A stretch of DNA of 64,000 nucleotides, from contig NC_092355.1 of NCBI RefSeq assembly GCF_963676685.1, positions 30,566,001 to 30,630,000 of the forward strand. The letters run 5' to 3'. This document shows, piece after piece, positions 19,501 to 32,913 of the stretch; the first letter of the stretch is position 1; each line of letters starts with the position of its first letter. The translations under genes and the position numbers were made by a program. The stretch comes from Mytilus edulis. Taxonomy: Eukaryota. The notes below the pieces were generated by a model. That model was given only the letters and a program-made list of their open reading frames with translations, was not told where the DNA came from and ran no database searches.

Positions 19501-20231
19501 AATTTGGACATTTAAAGTATTGGAAACAGACGAGGCATGTAAACACAATGTTTATGTACCCAGTCTAAATGTTCATGTTATATTGATTCTAGAACATGAT
19601 TAAGCATGTATTAACGACAATTCATTAAATATGATACATGTAGAAACCATGTATTTATTTGTATTCCCCCCCTAATAAATCAGTTCCCTAAATATTTAAT
19701 GAACTGAAATTATATAATAATTTGTTATTAAAATCTTGTAATAATAGAAAAAGTTCTACTTGCCCTCTTCAACAATCTTCCACCACCTTAAAATAAATTT
19801 GAAATTGAGTGTGTGTCTGATTAGCAATATTAATGCATATTCAAAATTATTTAATTTCAAATAAATACCATAAATATAATTTGACCTAACATGAACCGTT
19901 GTACAGTTAATGAAACTATAATTAATCTTATCTTCATTGAGAGATGATACGGGTGTCATTTCCCAATATTTTTGTTTGGTAATTTTTCCAACTTCCACCT
20001 TATTCCCTTCTTTTCTCCATCTCCAACAACCTTACTTTTCTACACCTATATCCCACATCCCAACTATGTTTATCCCTATATCCATCTCCTCTTACTTGGT
20101 TTAAAAGCTGTCCATTTATCGCCACTTAATCTCTCATCCTCAAACTCTTTTCCAGCTGCAGCAAAAACAAGTCGAGGTAATTCTGCTCTTCCTCTAATGT
20201 CGAAGTAAGATAGCTTGAACTTAGCAGGCAT
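13533..20231 (-). CDS. GSTS: Sigma-class glutathione S-transferase, paralog 2 (208 aa)
   Basis: Exons 20096-20231, 18237-18332, 16633-16748, 14861-14965, 13533-13706 (627 nt, open, GT-AG, TAA stop). MPAKFKLSYFDIRGRAELPRLVFAAAGKEFEDERL...TPYGQMPVL...LVGSKLTVADLAAFD...YLEKRPASEM*. Confidence 0.96.
15925..16160 (-). mobile_element. Degenerate tRNA-derived V-SINE-like element; related copies at ~14386-14770, 27290-27505, 27906-28110, 35356-35480, 42980-43190, 44190-44440
   Basis: Shared TTAACGCCAC...GGCGGTCA...GAGTGCCC-G-AGAAAACC (reverse-complement V-domain) and TTCxAACTC (reverse B box). Confidence 0.55.
16254..16666. repeat. 46-bp tandem repeat (9 units) spanning the exon 3 donor of paralog 2
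   Basis: Unit ATAAATACGAACCTTTTTAGCTTCATCCTGTTCGTAATGTGATTT(T/A); the last unit overlaps the real exon end at 16633. Confidence 0.95.
17066..17595 (+). mobile_element. Older, diverged 3'-UTR fragment of the same Penelope-like family (hairpin apex deleted)
   Basis: Similarity to 26563-27110 (GTTGGCATGAT/CACxGGTTATGTTCTTC..., GAAGTCTG, GAGATCTCA, GCCAGCTGAA). Confidence 0.7.
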
Positions 20232-20439
20232 TTTGACTTAATGTTGATGTCTTGATTGCTGATGAAAATTGACAACTATCATGTATTAACTACCGAAGCT
20301 ATATCAGTATATGTGTATTTAAAACTATGTCATAAATTCTGCCTTTAACATATTCAATACATGTTCTATATGTTGACCTTATCGATCTTGATAGTTCCAA
20401 TGGCTACGCGTACGCGGTTGATATGGATTCGTACAGGTA

Positions 20440-20454
20440 ATGACTTTGCAAAAA
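20440..20454. promoter_or_regulatory. Putative ARE upstream of paralog 2
   Basis: ATGACTTTGCAAAAA = RTGACnnnGCRwwww, ~210 bp upstream of ATG, at a position comparable to the paralog 4 motif. Confidence 0.5.
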
Positions 20455-22161
20455 AAAATAGTTGAAAAGTGGAAGAAATTAAATGCAATTGATTGAAACC
20501 TGTTAATATTGCATCGCACCTTTATTTAAATAAAAAAATAAAAATAAAGTAAAATACTGAATACAATAAATAATTAATTGGGTTTGAATTGTTATAATAG
20601 CTCTTTAATTGTTCATAATTATAGTGTTTTAAATGTTCATATCAAATGTTTTGTTAATTTCATATATTATTGATAGTGATAGTTATTTTCACAATATTTC
20701 AAACTGTTTTGTTTGAATAGAAAAAAAACCCGATTTTATTTGATTGAAGAGGGATCGAAGAGGGAAAACGGACTTGACACAAGTTCAAATTTTATTAATT
20801 AACCGTCTATAATGCATGATCTAAAGCAACACTATGTCATAAACACAACAAAACAGCTTTAACTTTAATAAATAAAACTCTTTTATCTGTTTTAATATAT
20901 AACTTCAAATTGAGGAGGGCGAATGCCCTTTACGGATCCTTGTAAATCCGCAATTGGATATAACTATCAGAGTTCCTTACAAGACTGAAACGATGTGTCT
21001 AAGTTTTTCAGACTAGATGACAATTCAAACATTACCATTGAGATGTAGTGTTAGTAAAAGACGGGCAAAAGATACCATAGGGACATTCTAACTCATTGAT
21101 CGAGATAAAAGTGACAACGCCATGGCTAAAAATGAAAAAGACAAACATATAAATTATAGTACATAAGGCACAACCTTTGAAAAATAAAGACCATGCAACA
21201 CGAACCCAACTGAAAACTGGGGCTGATCTCAGGTGCTCCAAAAGGGTAAGCAGATCCTGCTCCACATGTGGCACCTGTCATGTTGCTCGTGTTATTACAA
21301 ACCCGGGTATTAGTCTTATTCGGTAGGTCACATTCATGGAAAGAGAATGTGATTGTAGTTACGACAGTAGGAATATATCCGATATTATCTGTGAAACGGA
21401 TATTCCGTAACGTTCAATCAACTCGTGATGGCGGCCGTAAAATTTAGGAAGGGATGATTTTAACTTCACCATTTGGAACTCTTGATTTCATAACTTCCTT
21501 CTGACCTACAATAATCACGAAATAGACATTTTGTTCGCCTGTCCCGAGTTGTTAGTCTTGTATTTTTTTTTAAATTTTATTCAATTTTATATGTTTTGGA
21601 GTTTACTATGACGTCTATTTTCACTGAACAAGTACTCATTTTTTTTGGGACCAGCTTAGTTCCACCCCTGTGTTCGGGATTCTCTCAATGCGTTGACGAC
21701 CCATTAGTGGCCTTCGGCTGTTATCTGCTCTTTGATTGGGTTTTTGTCTTTTTGACATATTCCCCATTTCCATTCCCAAATTTATTTTTGAAAGCAATTC
21801 CGTATTCGATCAGAGTTAGATCCAACTGGACCTTTTGTTACTCTTCAAGTGTGGGGTAAGTGTGACGTGAACAATGTTTGTGAGAAACCAGTGTATTAAC
21901 CATTGCCTATAAAACATGATCAATTGAGATAAGAAAAATGTGTTCCAGGAAAGTTGGTTTGTTTAATGTACATAATTCAAATAACTAAGGCGAGTGGAAT
22001 GAGCAACAAAGTGTTATTAGGGGTTGGATGTATGGGTCTTCATGCCATTTAGCCATCTTTATTTGTTGTGCTTATTTATTTTTATTCTTTATTTTTGCCC
22101 TTTAATCTCCTCTTCCTGTCCATTATTCTATATTCTGTAAAGCTCATATTAGTGCATTCAT

Positions 22162-22632
22162 AACAAGAATGTGTCCAAAGTTCACGGATGCCCCACTCGC
22201 ATTATCATTTTCCATGTTCAATTGACCGTGAAATTGGGAAAAAAATCTAATTTGGCCTTAAAAGTAAAAAGATCAACCAAAAGGGAACATGTGTAATTAA
22301 GTTTCAAGTTGATTGGACTTCAGCTTCATCAAAAACTACCTTGACCAAAAACTTTAACCTGAAACTCGCACTTTTAATTTCTATGTTCAGTGGACCATGA
22401 AAATGGGGTCAAAAGTTTAATTTTGTTTAACAATAAGAAAGATCATATCATAAGGAACATGTGTACTAAGTTTCAAGTTGATTGGACTTCAGCTTCATCA
22501 AAAACTACCTTGACCAAAAACTTTAACCTGAAGTGGAACGAACGGACGGACGGAAAGACTAACGGACGGACGGAAGGATGCACAGACCAGAAAACATAAT
22601 GCCCCTCTACTATCGTAGGTGGGGCATAAAAA
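22162..22632 (+). mobile_element. Helentron-associated non-autonomous element (DINE-1/pearl-like)
   Basis: AACAAGAATGTGTCC start, two tandem ~170-180-bp core repeats, ACGG microsatellite, terminal palindrome ATGCCCC...GGGGCAT then AAAAA. Confidence 0.75.
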
Positions 22633-22979
22633 TGTGTTTAAGCTAGCTTGCTCAATATTTTTATATTCGAGCGTCACTTACGAATCTTAGTTGACGTAAC
22701 GCGTGTCTAGTGTACAAAGGTATGAGCCTGGAATCTCTGAAGAGCAGTTTTATAGAATGTTATAAACAACAATATTACAGCTTCATTTTATTTTAATTTA
22801 GTAAATTGCAATTTGTAAGACAACTTCACTAAACACATAAATGTAAAAACATGTACTGTTGTATACAATGTAAATAATATTCAAGATTTGTTCACACATC
22901 TATGTTTGATAATGCTGAAACATGTAAACGTTTAAATAAATAAATATAAAAATAAATAAAAATTAGTGTGTTCGTTGAT

Positions 22980-25900
22980 TTACAAGTCCGAAGCCGGTCG
23001 CTTCTCTAAATATTTTTGTATATTAGCATTTGTTTTCACACTTTCGTAAAACTTTTTGACTGCAGCAAAGTCTTTGTACACCCCTTCACCCATCTTTGGA
23101 TTACAAGTTAGTCTATCGAGCATGTCAAAAACAGCCATATCTGCGACAGTCAACTAAAAATAATAAAAAAAGAGAGAATAACATCATGTGCTTACTTTCC
23201 CCATTTTTTTCTAATGATTTCATGAAAGTTTTCCGAAAGAATGGCATTACTATAGGAAAGGCTTCATTTGTTTTGAAAGAATGGTATAACTATACAAAAT
23301 GCTTCAACTTTTACGAAAGAATGGTATCACTATACCAAAGGCTTCAACTTTTACGAAAGAATGGTATTACTATACCAAAGGCTTCAACTTTTACGAAAGA
23401 ATGGTATTACTATACCAAAGGCTTCAAATTTTACGAAAGAATGGTATTACTATACCAAAGGCTTCAACTTTTACGAAAGAATGGTATTACTATACCAAAT
23501 GCTTTAACGTTCCCAAAATAGTGATGTTTCTATAGGAAAGGCTTCGACTTTTACGAAAGAATGGTATTTCTATACAAATTGCTCCAAAGTTTCCCAAAAA
23601 ATGGTGTTACTTTACCAAAATCTTCTATGTTTCCAAATTAATGGTGGTACTTTAACAATGGCTTCAACGTTTCCAAAATAATGGTGTTACTTTACCAAAA
23701 GCTTCTACGTTTCCAAAATAATGGTGGTACTTTAACAAAGGCTTCAGCGTTTCCCAAATAATGGTGTTACTTTACCAAAAGGCTTCAACTTTTCCGATAT
23801 TATTGTGTAAATATGCCTAATATTTCAAGACAACTGTTTGGTTAAAATGGTAAAAACTGCATAAATTATCTACTGTTAATATTTTAACGGATTTCAGCCG
23901 ATAAAGCATTTTGAATGACAAAATATTTAAGGAAGACACCATTTTGACTTCAAATTAACCACGCCATCAAGAAACTTACTTGTGGAAGTGTTATTATGAC
24001 AACACTAACCACCTATAAACATTAGGTCCGACCAGACTGTACTTAACCTTATTAGAAAACGAATTGTCAGCAGTCCATTGATTTAGGAGCTAAATATCAT
24101 CAAAACTGTCTTCATATTTAGTACCTATTTGCTTGAAAAATTGAATATAACTAAAATAATGATTTTTTATTCCATATTTGGCTTTAAAAAGTATATTGAC
24201 TTCTGGCCTCGGCGTGTATACCTTTTCAGAGGACTGACAATTTCCAGATTATATTGCCTTTTCATATGTTTGTTACCTCTGATCCTACGAGAAATTTTCC
24301 ACCATTTTCTTTCAATAACTTGCACAAATATGTGAAAAATTGAGGTAGAATCTCGGTACTGAACTTTTTAGCCAGCTCTTCCTGAAATACAGAAACAAAT
24401 TAAGTGAACAGTACAAATTTTCAAATCACTGAGAAATAAATAAATCAAATAAAAGTCCATGAAGCTCTGTAAACAGAATGGGTTTTTCTTGTTGTTGAAT
24501 GCCGTACTGTGACATAATATTGCTTATATTCACGTTATTTTAACGAACTCTTTTGAATTGTGATCTAATTGGCAATCATACCACATCTCCTTATTATCAT
24601 AAAAACTAGACAAAATATTCTAGTAGTCTCACGACTGTTATTCTCTGTGATACATTTTACTTTTAGAACGTAGATGTGTAGATGTGATTTAGATAAACGG
24701 TCCTGATGCTCTTTTTTGTTCAGATTTTCGTAGGCAAATCGGTCTTGATGCCAGTTCTCGTAGGTTAATAGGTCTTGATGCCAGTTCTCGTAGGTAAATT
24801 GGTCTTAATGCCAGTTTTCGTAGGTAAATCAGTCTTGATGCCAGTTTTCGTAGGTAAATCGGTTTTGATGCCAGTTTTAGTAGGTAAGTCAGTCTTGATG
24901 CCAGTTTTCGTAGGTAAATCTGTCTTGAAGCAAGTTCTCGTAGGCAGATTAGTCTTGATGTCAGTTCTCGTAGGTAAATCGGTCTTGCTGCCAGTTTTGT
25001 AGGTAAATTGGTTTTCATACTCTATATATAGTTGTATGATGCTGAATATTATGGAGATTCGTGTAGATATATTCATTCCTTGATACTATATACAGGGTGT
25101 TTAATTAAGTTAAAGCGCGAATACAAGATGGGGCCTACCCCAGTCAATTAACCAATATACCAGTATTTTATTGTTAGCTATCTTTCTATCTTGCAATACC
25201 GTCCATCATATCGTTCGACCCTTTTTATTCTTTTTGTTACCGATTGAATTTTGTGATTCCCCTTTTTAATTCGAAATATTACTTTTTCTTTTAAATTATT
25301 ATGTCAATACGCTCAGATTTGTATGACCACCTAAGAGACAACATGCCATCATTCAAATATTAATACATTATTCATTAATACATTGTTCAAATAAGGCTTT
25401 CGAAAATAGTGGAATTAATTACTTTTGGAGTGTCAAGAACTCGTTGGGAGTACTTGATAAATTGCATGCTTGTATTGGTGATTTTGAATCTGATCAAAGT
25501 TTTGATTTTTCTACCCTGTATACCATATTGCCTCACATTCTCATTAAGAAAAAAATCACCCACCTAATTAAATGGGCATTTAAAAAAGTCAGAATGTGAA
25601 TATATATGTTCAAACTCTTTAAGGTCATTTTTTAGTAGCAATAAACCAAAAAACTATGTCAATTGGACATGCTTTGATACAATATATGCCCTTGAATTTT
25701 TACTAGATAACATTTTTGCTCGCTTTGGAGATTCCGTATATCGTCAGGTTATCGGAATTCCAATAGGGACTAACTGTGCACCACTTATTGCGGACCTGTT
25801 TTTGTATTGCTATGAGTTACAATTTATGACAAAAATCAGCAAAGACCCATCGAAACAACATCTGATAAACAAATTTAATAATACTTTTAGATATTTGGAT

Positions 25901-28900
25901 GACATTTTGGCTCTCAATATTGACGACTTCAGTATATATACTAAAGAAACTTATCCTGTTCAACTTACTTTAAATAAAGCTAATACTAACAATGACCACT
26001 GCCCTTTCCTCGATCTTGATATCTATATCACTAACGGAAAGCTTAATACTAAAATTTATGATAAAAGAGATGATTTTCATTTCCTATCGTTAATTATCCA
26101 TTTTTAGATGGTGACGTTCCCTTGTCACCATCTTACGGTGTTTATATATCTCAACTTGTACGATTCACTCGTGTTTGTAACTATGTTTTAGATTTTAACG
26201 AGAGAAATTTATATATTACTGAAAAATTATTACACCAGGGTTTTCGATATCACAAACTAGTCAAAACATTTACTAAATTTTATCATCGGTATAAGGACAT
26301 CATTCGTAAATATAGCTCAACATGCAGACTTCTTATACGTTTAGGTATTTCACATCCATTTTTTTATGGTAATATTCTTAATAAAGCACAAAAATGTCAG
26401 TATTCACCGCAGAAACTAACAAAACCCTTAAATAGACTTATTAAGAAGGGATATAGTTACGATACTGTTGTCAGGTCATTAAAGATTGCATATTTTGGCG
26501 TTAATATTGATTCACTTATAGGGTCTTTGCATCGGAACTAAACACATTTATTTAAAAAAACAGTTGTTGGCATGACACGGGTTATGTTCTTCTCATATAT
26601 GTTATGATGGTATGATACTAAACCCCTAACGGGAAGGATTGTGCCTGATATTCATATGATGAAATCCTAATCTTTAAATCAGTTTAATTGAAGTCTGGAG
26701 CTGACATGTCAGTTAACTGCTAGTAGTCTGTTGTTATTTATGTATAATTGTCATATTGTTTATTTTCTTTGTTTTCATCTTCTGACATCAGACTTGGACT
26801 TCTCTTGAATTGAATTTTAAATGTACGTATTGTTATGCATTTACTTTTCTGCATTGGCTAGAGGTATAGGGGGAGGGTTGAGATCTCATAAACATGTTTA
26901 ACCCCGCCGCATTTTTGCGCCTGTCCCAAGTCAGGAGCCTCTGGTCTTTGTTAGTCTTGTAGTATTTTAATTTTAGTTTCTTGTGTACAATTTGGAAATT
27001 AGTATGGCGTTCATTATCACTGAACTAGTATATAATTGTTTAGGGGCCAGCTGAAGGACACCTCCGGATGCGGGAATTTCTCGTTACATTGAAGACCTGT
27101 TGCTGACCTTCTGCTGTTGTTTTTTCTATGGTCGGGTTGTTGTCTCTTTGATACATTTTCAATTTCCATTCTCAATTTTATTAATATGAATTGTTAGCCC
27201 TACCCCTGAAGTTATTTGCCATATTGGAGTCTTTATCTTATATTTAACCATGTGAGACAGGTTCATGATAGAATGTTAATCGTATTGATTTTTTTATAGT
27301 TAGTATTTAACGCCACCTTTAGCTTTATTGTCTATTATTGGCGGTCAGCCGGAGTGCCCGGTGAGAACTACGGATATTTGGTCGAAAAACTTACAATCCT
27401 AGTCAATAAAGGTTGAGGTCAAACACAACCTGCTACATGCGGGAACTCATAACATCAGCAATATAGTAGATAAACTACTATGACCATTCGGTCGCCCGAG
27501 GCCCCACATTTTATCTTACAATAAATTTGTTAATTGTTTATTTGTAATGTTCTTTTATATACATATTTTATTTGTTATTGTTTCTTATTTTGATTATAAA
27601 TACGAACCTTAATAGCTTCATCCTTTTCTAAATGTTGTTTAATGGCAGCACTGTACAGGTCAAATACAGTTTCAATGATGATGTCACACTTTGTATTTTC
27701 CATATTATTTGAACCATACAATCCTGTTAAATAGTTGAAGTGTCATGTAGAATATGTGGGTGTCTTGTGGGGATCTTTATTTCTACATTCTTTAAGTTTA
27801 AGCCATGTTTCTCTATTTTATATTTTTGTTAAACTGAAAGCTCTCAGACAATATCGGTTCTTCATTTTTAATTGTGTTTGATAAAATCACTATAAATCAG
27901 CATCTTCGATTAGTTGACTCTTTGATAGTTGATATTTCCACCTCTTTCAGTACGGTTGGTTATATCGGGGAAGCCAGGAAGGAGGTAGCCGAATTGCCCA
28001 AAAGAGAACCACCGACCTTTGTCAGTAAACATGACAGTCTTAATCAATGAGACTTGTTAAAATTGGAATCGGACTCAAAACGCCAGTGTTGACAGGCTAG
28101 TGATACAGGAAATGAACAACCAAGGGCCGACGGTCCAAGTCTCTTTGACAATACTTTATCTCGCTGGAGAGATATAATAAGAAAACATTATTATTATTGG
28201 TCTTCCCTGCTTACTTTATGGTTTGTTAGAGACCGTGCAAAGACCTGCAATTGTTCGTATACTTCTTCGTGGGTAAAGTTGACTCTTTGGAAATCATACC
28301 ACATATCTTCATTTTTATACTAATTTAAATTTTACAATCCACAGTCACTATAAATAGGATTAAGCTACATGTATTGATATAGCACATTTTTTATTCTATT
28401 TTCACTAAATGTGTTATTTTTATTTTATAATCTGGCTTAAGGTACACACAGATAAACTGTTGATATTTTGTACTGTAAATTTTAGTAGGCAACTTTTGGG
28501 ATGAACCAGATATTGTGTTGATTAGAAGATGTCTTGACCTCAGTAACACACTCAAAACAGCTAACAACACAAAAGATATAGGAAGAACTAATAACTTGTA
28601 TTACAAAATGTTTTGTTTAGAGATGTACTCGTTATTTTAAATATAAGATTTTAACGCAGAAAAAGAAAAAAAAAACCCATAGTAAACCATGTTATTGATT
28701 AGCAAATTCCGAATTGTGCTTTCGAACTTCATACAAAACTTACCAAATTCACGAGCAAGGTACCGGATAATGGCACCCGTCTGGTTTATCATTGTTTTAT
28801 TATCTACAGTTAATACAGGCATCTGACCATAAGGTGTTTCTAAAAAAGACCATCAACTTTTGTTGCAATTAACTTTACATGTGGTCTTTATCTATCTTGC

Positions 28901-30994
28901 CGTGAGGGTGTTAGCTCTGTAAGATTTGTTTTTTTTGGTACCGAGATATTTTGATTAATGGACAGGGATATGGATATGCAGCTATCAAATAATAGGAAGC
29001 GAGTCTTTAAGCAATTTGACGTTATTTTAGTATATTGCGTGACAAAGTGAAATGCATTTTATGTGATGTGGAGCAGCATCTGCTTACCCTCCATGAACAC
29101 CTTAGATCACCCCCAGTTTTTTGTGGGGTTCGTTTTGCTTAGTCTTATGGTTTTCATGTTGTGTCTTGTGAACTATTATTTGTCTGTTTGTCTTTTACTT
29201 TTTTAGCCATGGCGTTGTCAGTTTATTTTCGATCTATGAGTTTGAATGTCCCTCTGGTATCTTTCACCCCTCTTTTATGACATTCTGTACATGTACATTT
29301 ATAAATAAGTTAAGTTTGCCTATTGTTTTAATTTATGGCATTGAATTTCCGTGAATATAAACGTGGTTTGCGAGTTTGTATTTTAAAAATATAAGAATGC
29401 ACTTCGATTAATTTTTACCGTCAAAGTTAAAAATTTAAAAACTAGGACTTATGATTTGGGGATAATACATAAAGATATAGGGAATAATGAACAACTAATA
29501 GCAAATAGGGAAAATGAAAGGAAATGGCCATGGTCTTCAAATAAAAAACAATAAAAGAATACCACTCTGTTTCCAGGCCCTCCGTCAGCGGTTAAACATC
29601 TTTTATATAATATAGTATATTAATGAATACCGTATTGTGTTTAATATGAACAATTAAACATTGCATAACGTTCATAAATGATACGTGTCAATAGATACCG
29701 AATGTGTACGTTAACGCTCGATTTAGCAAAAACAATAAATAATTACGTAAACAATAGAATTCTTATATCCTTCAAAACATGAAAACTATCACTTTAAACC
29801 ACCAATCATTGGCGGAAAAGAATAATTAAGGCTAATAAAGACAGAGTAAGCTCACCTTAGAGCCACTCAGTTACATGCATTTTTGAAAAAAGACAGTATT
29901 GCACAAGAATCTGCACTTAAACTAAAATGTTTAAAACATTTAATGCACCTGATTTGATTCAGAAGTTCCTAAAATGATGACATATATACATAAGAAATTA
30001 AAATTCGCAAAATAATAAAATTTGTTTACCAATATCATAGATAGATAAAAACCGCAATTGATTTTTGTCCAAATATTTGTTTTTATTTTAAGAAATAAAT
30101 ATGTAAAGGTTAAGTATACAAAAACTTGTCCAATGGTTTTATAGACCCTCTTTTCAATTTAAAAATTTTGTAAATATATATCATGTATATGGACATTTTA
30201 AGTGTTTGAAACATACAAGGCATGTGTACACAATGTTCATGCTATATTGATTCTACGTAGAACACGATTAATCATGTATTACCGACTAATCATCAAATAT
30301 GATACATGTAGATACCCTGTTACAAATATTGTCATAACTAATTGTATTTATCACCCAAAAATAACCACCTTTTTACTCAAAACTAGGCAACATAACTGTT
30401 TTAGAATGTGCAAGTAGTAAAAATAATTCTGCCTTATAGATTTGGCACAGTTAAAGAAATAACTAGTTACTGCATGTATCTTAAACACACAACAATCAAC
30501 ACAAGGTATATATCCTCATATTCAGTTTAGATCAATACAGTGTCATATGCAAAAAAATGACATCATGATAAGTTTTCCAACATCAGCATAGTGAAAATAT
30601 GGATGAGTGTAACATTTTTTCGGGACAAACTGATTTTTCGTCTTTCTATATTGACACGTGAATCGTTTTATATATAATGAAATAAAATTGGTCTTATCTT
30701 TCTTGAGTGATGACACGGGTGTCATTCCCCAAATCTTGCTTCTTTTTTGAATATTTCCAACTTCCCACTTTTTTCCCTTCTTTTCCCCAGATCCAACAAC
30801 CCAACTTTTCTACACCCATATTCCACTACCTAAAAGCGGGTTTCCCACCTCCTCTTACTTGGTTTAAAAGCTGTCCATTTATCACCACTTATTCTATCGT
30901 CATCAAACTCTTTCCCAGCTGCAGCAAACACAAGTCTAGGTAATTCTGCTCTTCCTTTGATGTCGAAGTAAGATATTTTGAATTTAACAGGCAT
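22980..30994 (-). CDS. GSTS: Sigma-class glutathione S-transferase, paralog 3 (208 aa)
   Basis: Exons 30859-30994, 28744-28839, 27608-27723, 24277-24381, 22980-23153; open frame, GT-AG. MPVKFKISYFDIKGRAELPRL...IIETVFDLYSAAIKQHLEKDE...LTVADMAVFD...KRPASDL*. Confidence 0.95.
23230..23795. repeat. 40-bp minisatellite (~14 units) in intron 4 of paralog 3
   Basis: Unit TTACGAAAGAATGGTATTACTATACCAAAGGCTTCAACTT. Confidence 0.92.
24725..25015. repeat. 30-bp minisatellite (~10 units) in intron 3 of paralog 3
   Basis: Unit TT(T/C)TCGTAGGTAAATCGGTCTTGATGCCAG. Confidence 0.92.
25381..26541 (+). pseudogene. Reverse transcriptase pseudogene of the Penelope-like element
   Basis: Continuous RT translation requires two frameshifts (A-run at ~25585, T-run at ~26077); no start or N-terminal region. 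Confidence 0.88.
26586..26664 (+). promoter_or_regulatory. Putative type-II SECIS element in the retroelement 3' UTR
   Basis: Helix I TCATAT/ATATGA; core ATGA-T (26604) ... TGAT (26646); helix II GGTATGATACT/AGGATTGTGCC (10 of 11 pairs incl. G-U); unpaired AAA 26620-26622; apical mini-stem CCC/GGG. Confidence 0.72.
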
Positions 30995-31456
30995 TTTGAT
31001 TGTTAGTTTATATCCAAATTGCTGATGGACAATCAAAAGTATGTATTAACTATCGAAGCTGTGTATTTTACAATAAAACAATGTTCTAAATACTACCTGT
31101 AAGCCATGTTCTATATATTGACCCTATCGATATATAACTGGTATACATAAGATTTAGCTAGTTCTACTAGCTACATTAAAGAGGTCTAAATGTTTATCCA
31201 ATCGATAAATAGTTCAGACCAGACGTTCCAATTGAAAGAATCTTCCAGCAAATGAACATTTGACCAAATAATGTCATAATGTGTTGGCAAAAAAAGTAAA
31301 ATGGATGAAAATAATAAGCAAGTAATTTCAACCTCTTAATAGCAAAGATCAGATGATCTAAAAATAAATTCTCTTATCTGCATCTTTAATCAGGTCAATC
31401 AGTAAGCACAGTGTTTGTATGACGTTAACTCTTAGCGTTGTTTCATTGATAGTTAA

Positions 31457-31616
31457 ATGGAGGCAGTTAAGGCGAAACATCAGTCTGAAGATGTAAAACA
31501 TTGTTGTTATGGGACATATAACATGACACATGTGCAGTAAACACTTCGTCGATGGTAAAGGACCAACTGACATTAATTACTACCCGATGCCAGCACTGTA
31601 ACAAAATGACGAACAG
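31457..31616 (+). pseudogene. Decayed THAP zinc-finger exon (transposon relic)
   Basis: ATG-initiated MEAVKAKHQSEDVKHCCYGT, then after a deletion/frameshift MCSKHFVDGKGPTD...YPMPAL, ending at CAG|GTGAGT. Confidence 0.6.
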
Positions 31617-32190
31617 GTGAGTGAGTGTATATCAATAACCAATGGAGATCTCAGCTAGCAGTCTGGGGATTCACAAATAGACTACTTATTACTGTCACGA
31701 CAATCAGTGTTTGATATGCCACCATTTCTTAGCAAAAGAATCAAATTCACTCCAGAAGAAGAGGTAACTGTGAAAACTAAACTTATTGCTAATCCAAGAA
31801 TTCATGTAGAAAGAGTTATAACATGTCAAGAAATTTAAATTATTTAGTGGGAATATTTCTCTTTCATTGTTACCAATAGCTGATCAGATGGTTGTTGCGG
31901 TATCTTGCCTTGTCAATTTTTATGAACCACTTAAGCTTGTTAAATACTTTTGTAAACAGTTATATTTACGTGTATACGTTATTCTTATTTCGCGGCTATT
32001 CATACATACACAAATGTACTCTAGAATAAATTTGTGTACATGTACAAATATATACCTGTTTAGTTTTACTTATGATTATATTCTTTATATTTTAGCCTCC
32101 CTTGTTTCGAATCTTTATAAGTTTAGTCCATTATTGACCGTTATGTAAACGATCCCATCTAGATCTTCGTCTGTTAAACACGCATCAGAC

Positions 32191-32294
32191 ATGTCAGAGG
32201 CCGACTCTGAATGGGAATGTCAGAGGCCGACTCTGAATGGGAATGTCAGAGGCCGACTCTGAATGGGAATGTCAGAGGCCGACTCTGAATGGGA
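32191..32294. repeat. 26-bp perfect tandem repeat x4
   Basis: ATGTCAGAGGCCGACTCTGAATGGGA; single copy at the paralogous site ~42011-42032. Confidence 0.95.
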
Positions 32295-32913
32295 ATCTTC
32301 ATGTCTTTATTTTCATCTTTTTATACCATTTTTCTCTATTCTTTCTCTATTTTGACCTTTTGACCCTTATTAAATATTCCTAATATTTTAGCACCCATGG
32401 CCAAAGGTTTTCCATTCTATATTTTTTCGGCCCATTTTTCTCAATAATTACATATTTGTTTTGGCCCTTATTCTACATTTTTTTGTCCATTCTTGTCTAT
32501 TCTGTAAAGCCTATCTAGACCTTTCTATTACAGCATTGATATTAAAAAATGGAATAGAATGTCTTAGTTGTTTGTATATATGTTTGTGTATACACTCGCT
32601 CACTTTTTATAGCGTTATAATTTTTTTTATTCGAGCGTCGATCACTGCTGAGTCTTTTGCAGACGAAATGGTATAAATAATTATTTTACAATAAAAAACA
32701 GCTTCACCATATTTTAATTCAGTAAATTGCAATTTGTAAAACAGATTCAGTAAACAGATAACTATAAAATAAATAGGTACAAAAAACATGTATTATTGTA
32801 TACGATGTAAATATTCTTCAATTTTTGTTCACATACTTATGTCTGTTAATGCAGAACCATCTAAATGTTTAAATAAATAAATGAATAAAATAAAGATGAG
32901 TATGTTCCTTGAT

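Larger units (their letters stand above)
25366..27178 (+). mobile_element. 5'-truncated Penelope-like retroelement (C-terminal RT, Naiad-type) in intron 3 of GST paralog 3
   Basis: RT motifs FDFSTLYTILPH, GIPIGTNCAPLIADLFL, FRYLDD, PFLDL, IYDKRDDF, SYGVYISQL. The ORF ends at 26541 with no C-terminal GIY-YIG domain and is followed by a ~640-nt 3' UTR. Flanks match uninterrupted intron-3 sequence of paralogs 4/5. Possible TSD TATTAATA at 25358-25365 and 27179-27186. Confidence 0.85.

Noticed and set aside
23096-23535. 141-aa and 78-aa repetitive ORFs
   Set aside because: Translations of the 40-bp minisatellite, antisense to a GST intron/exon.
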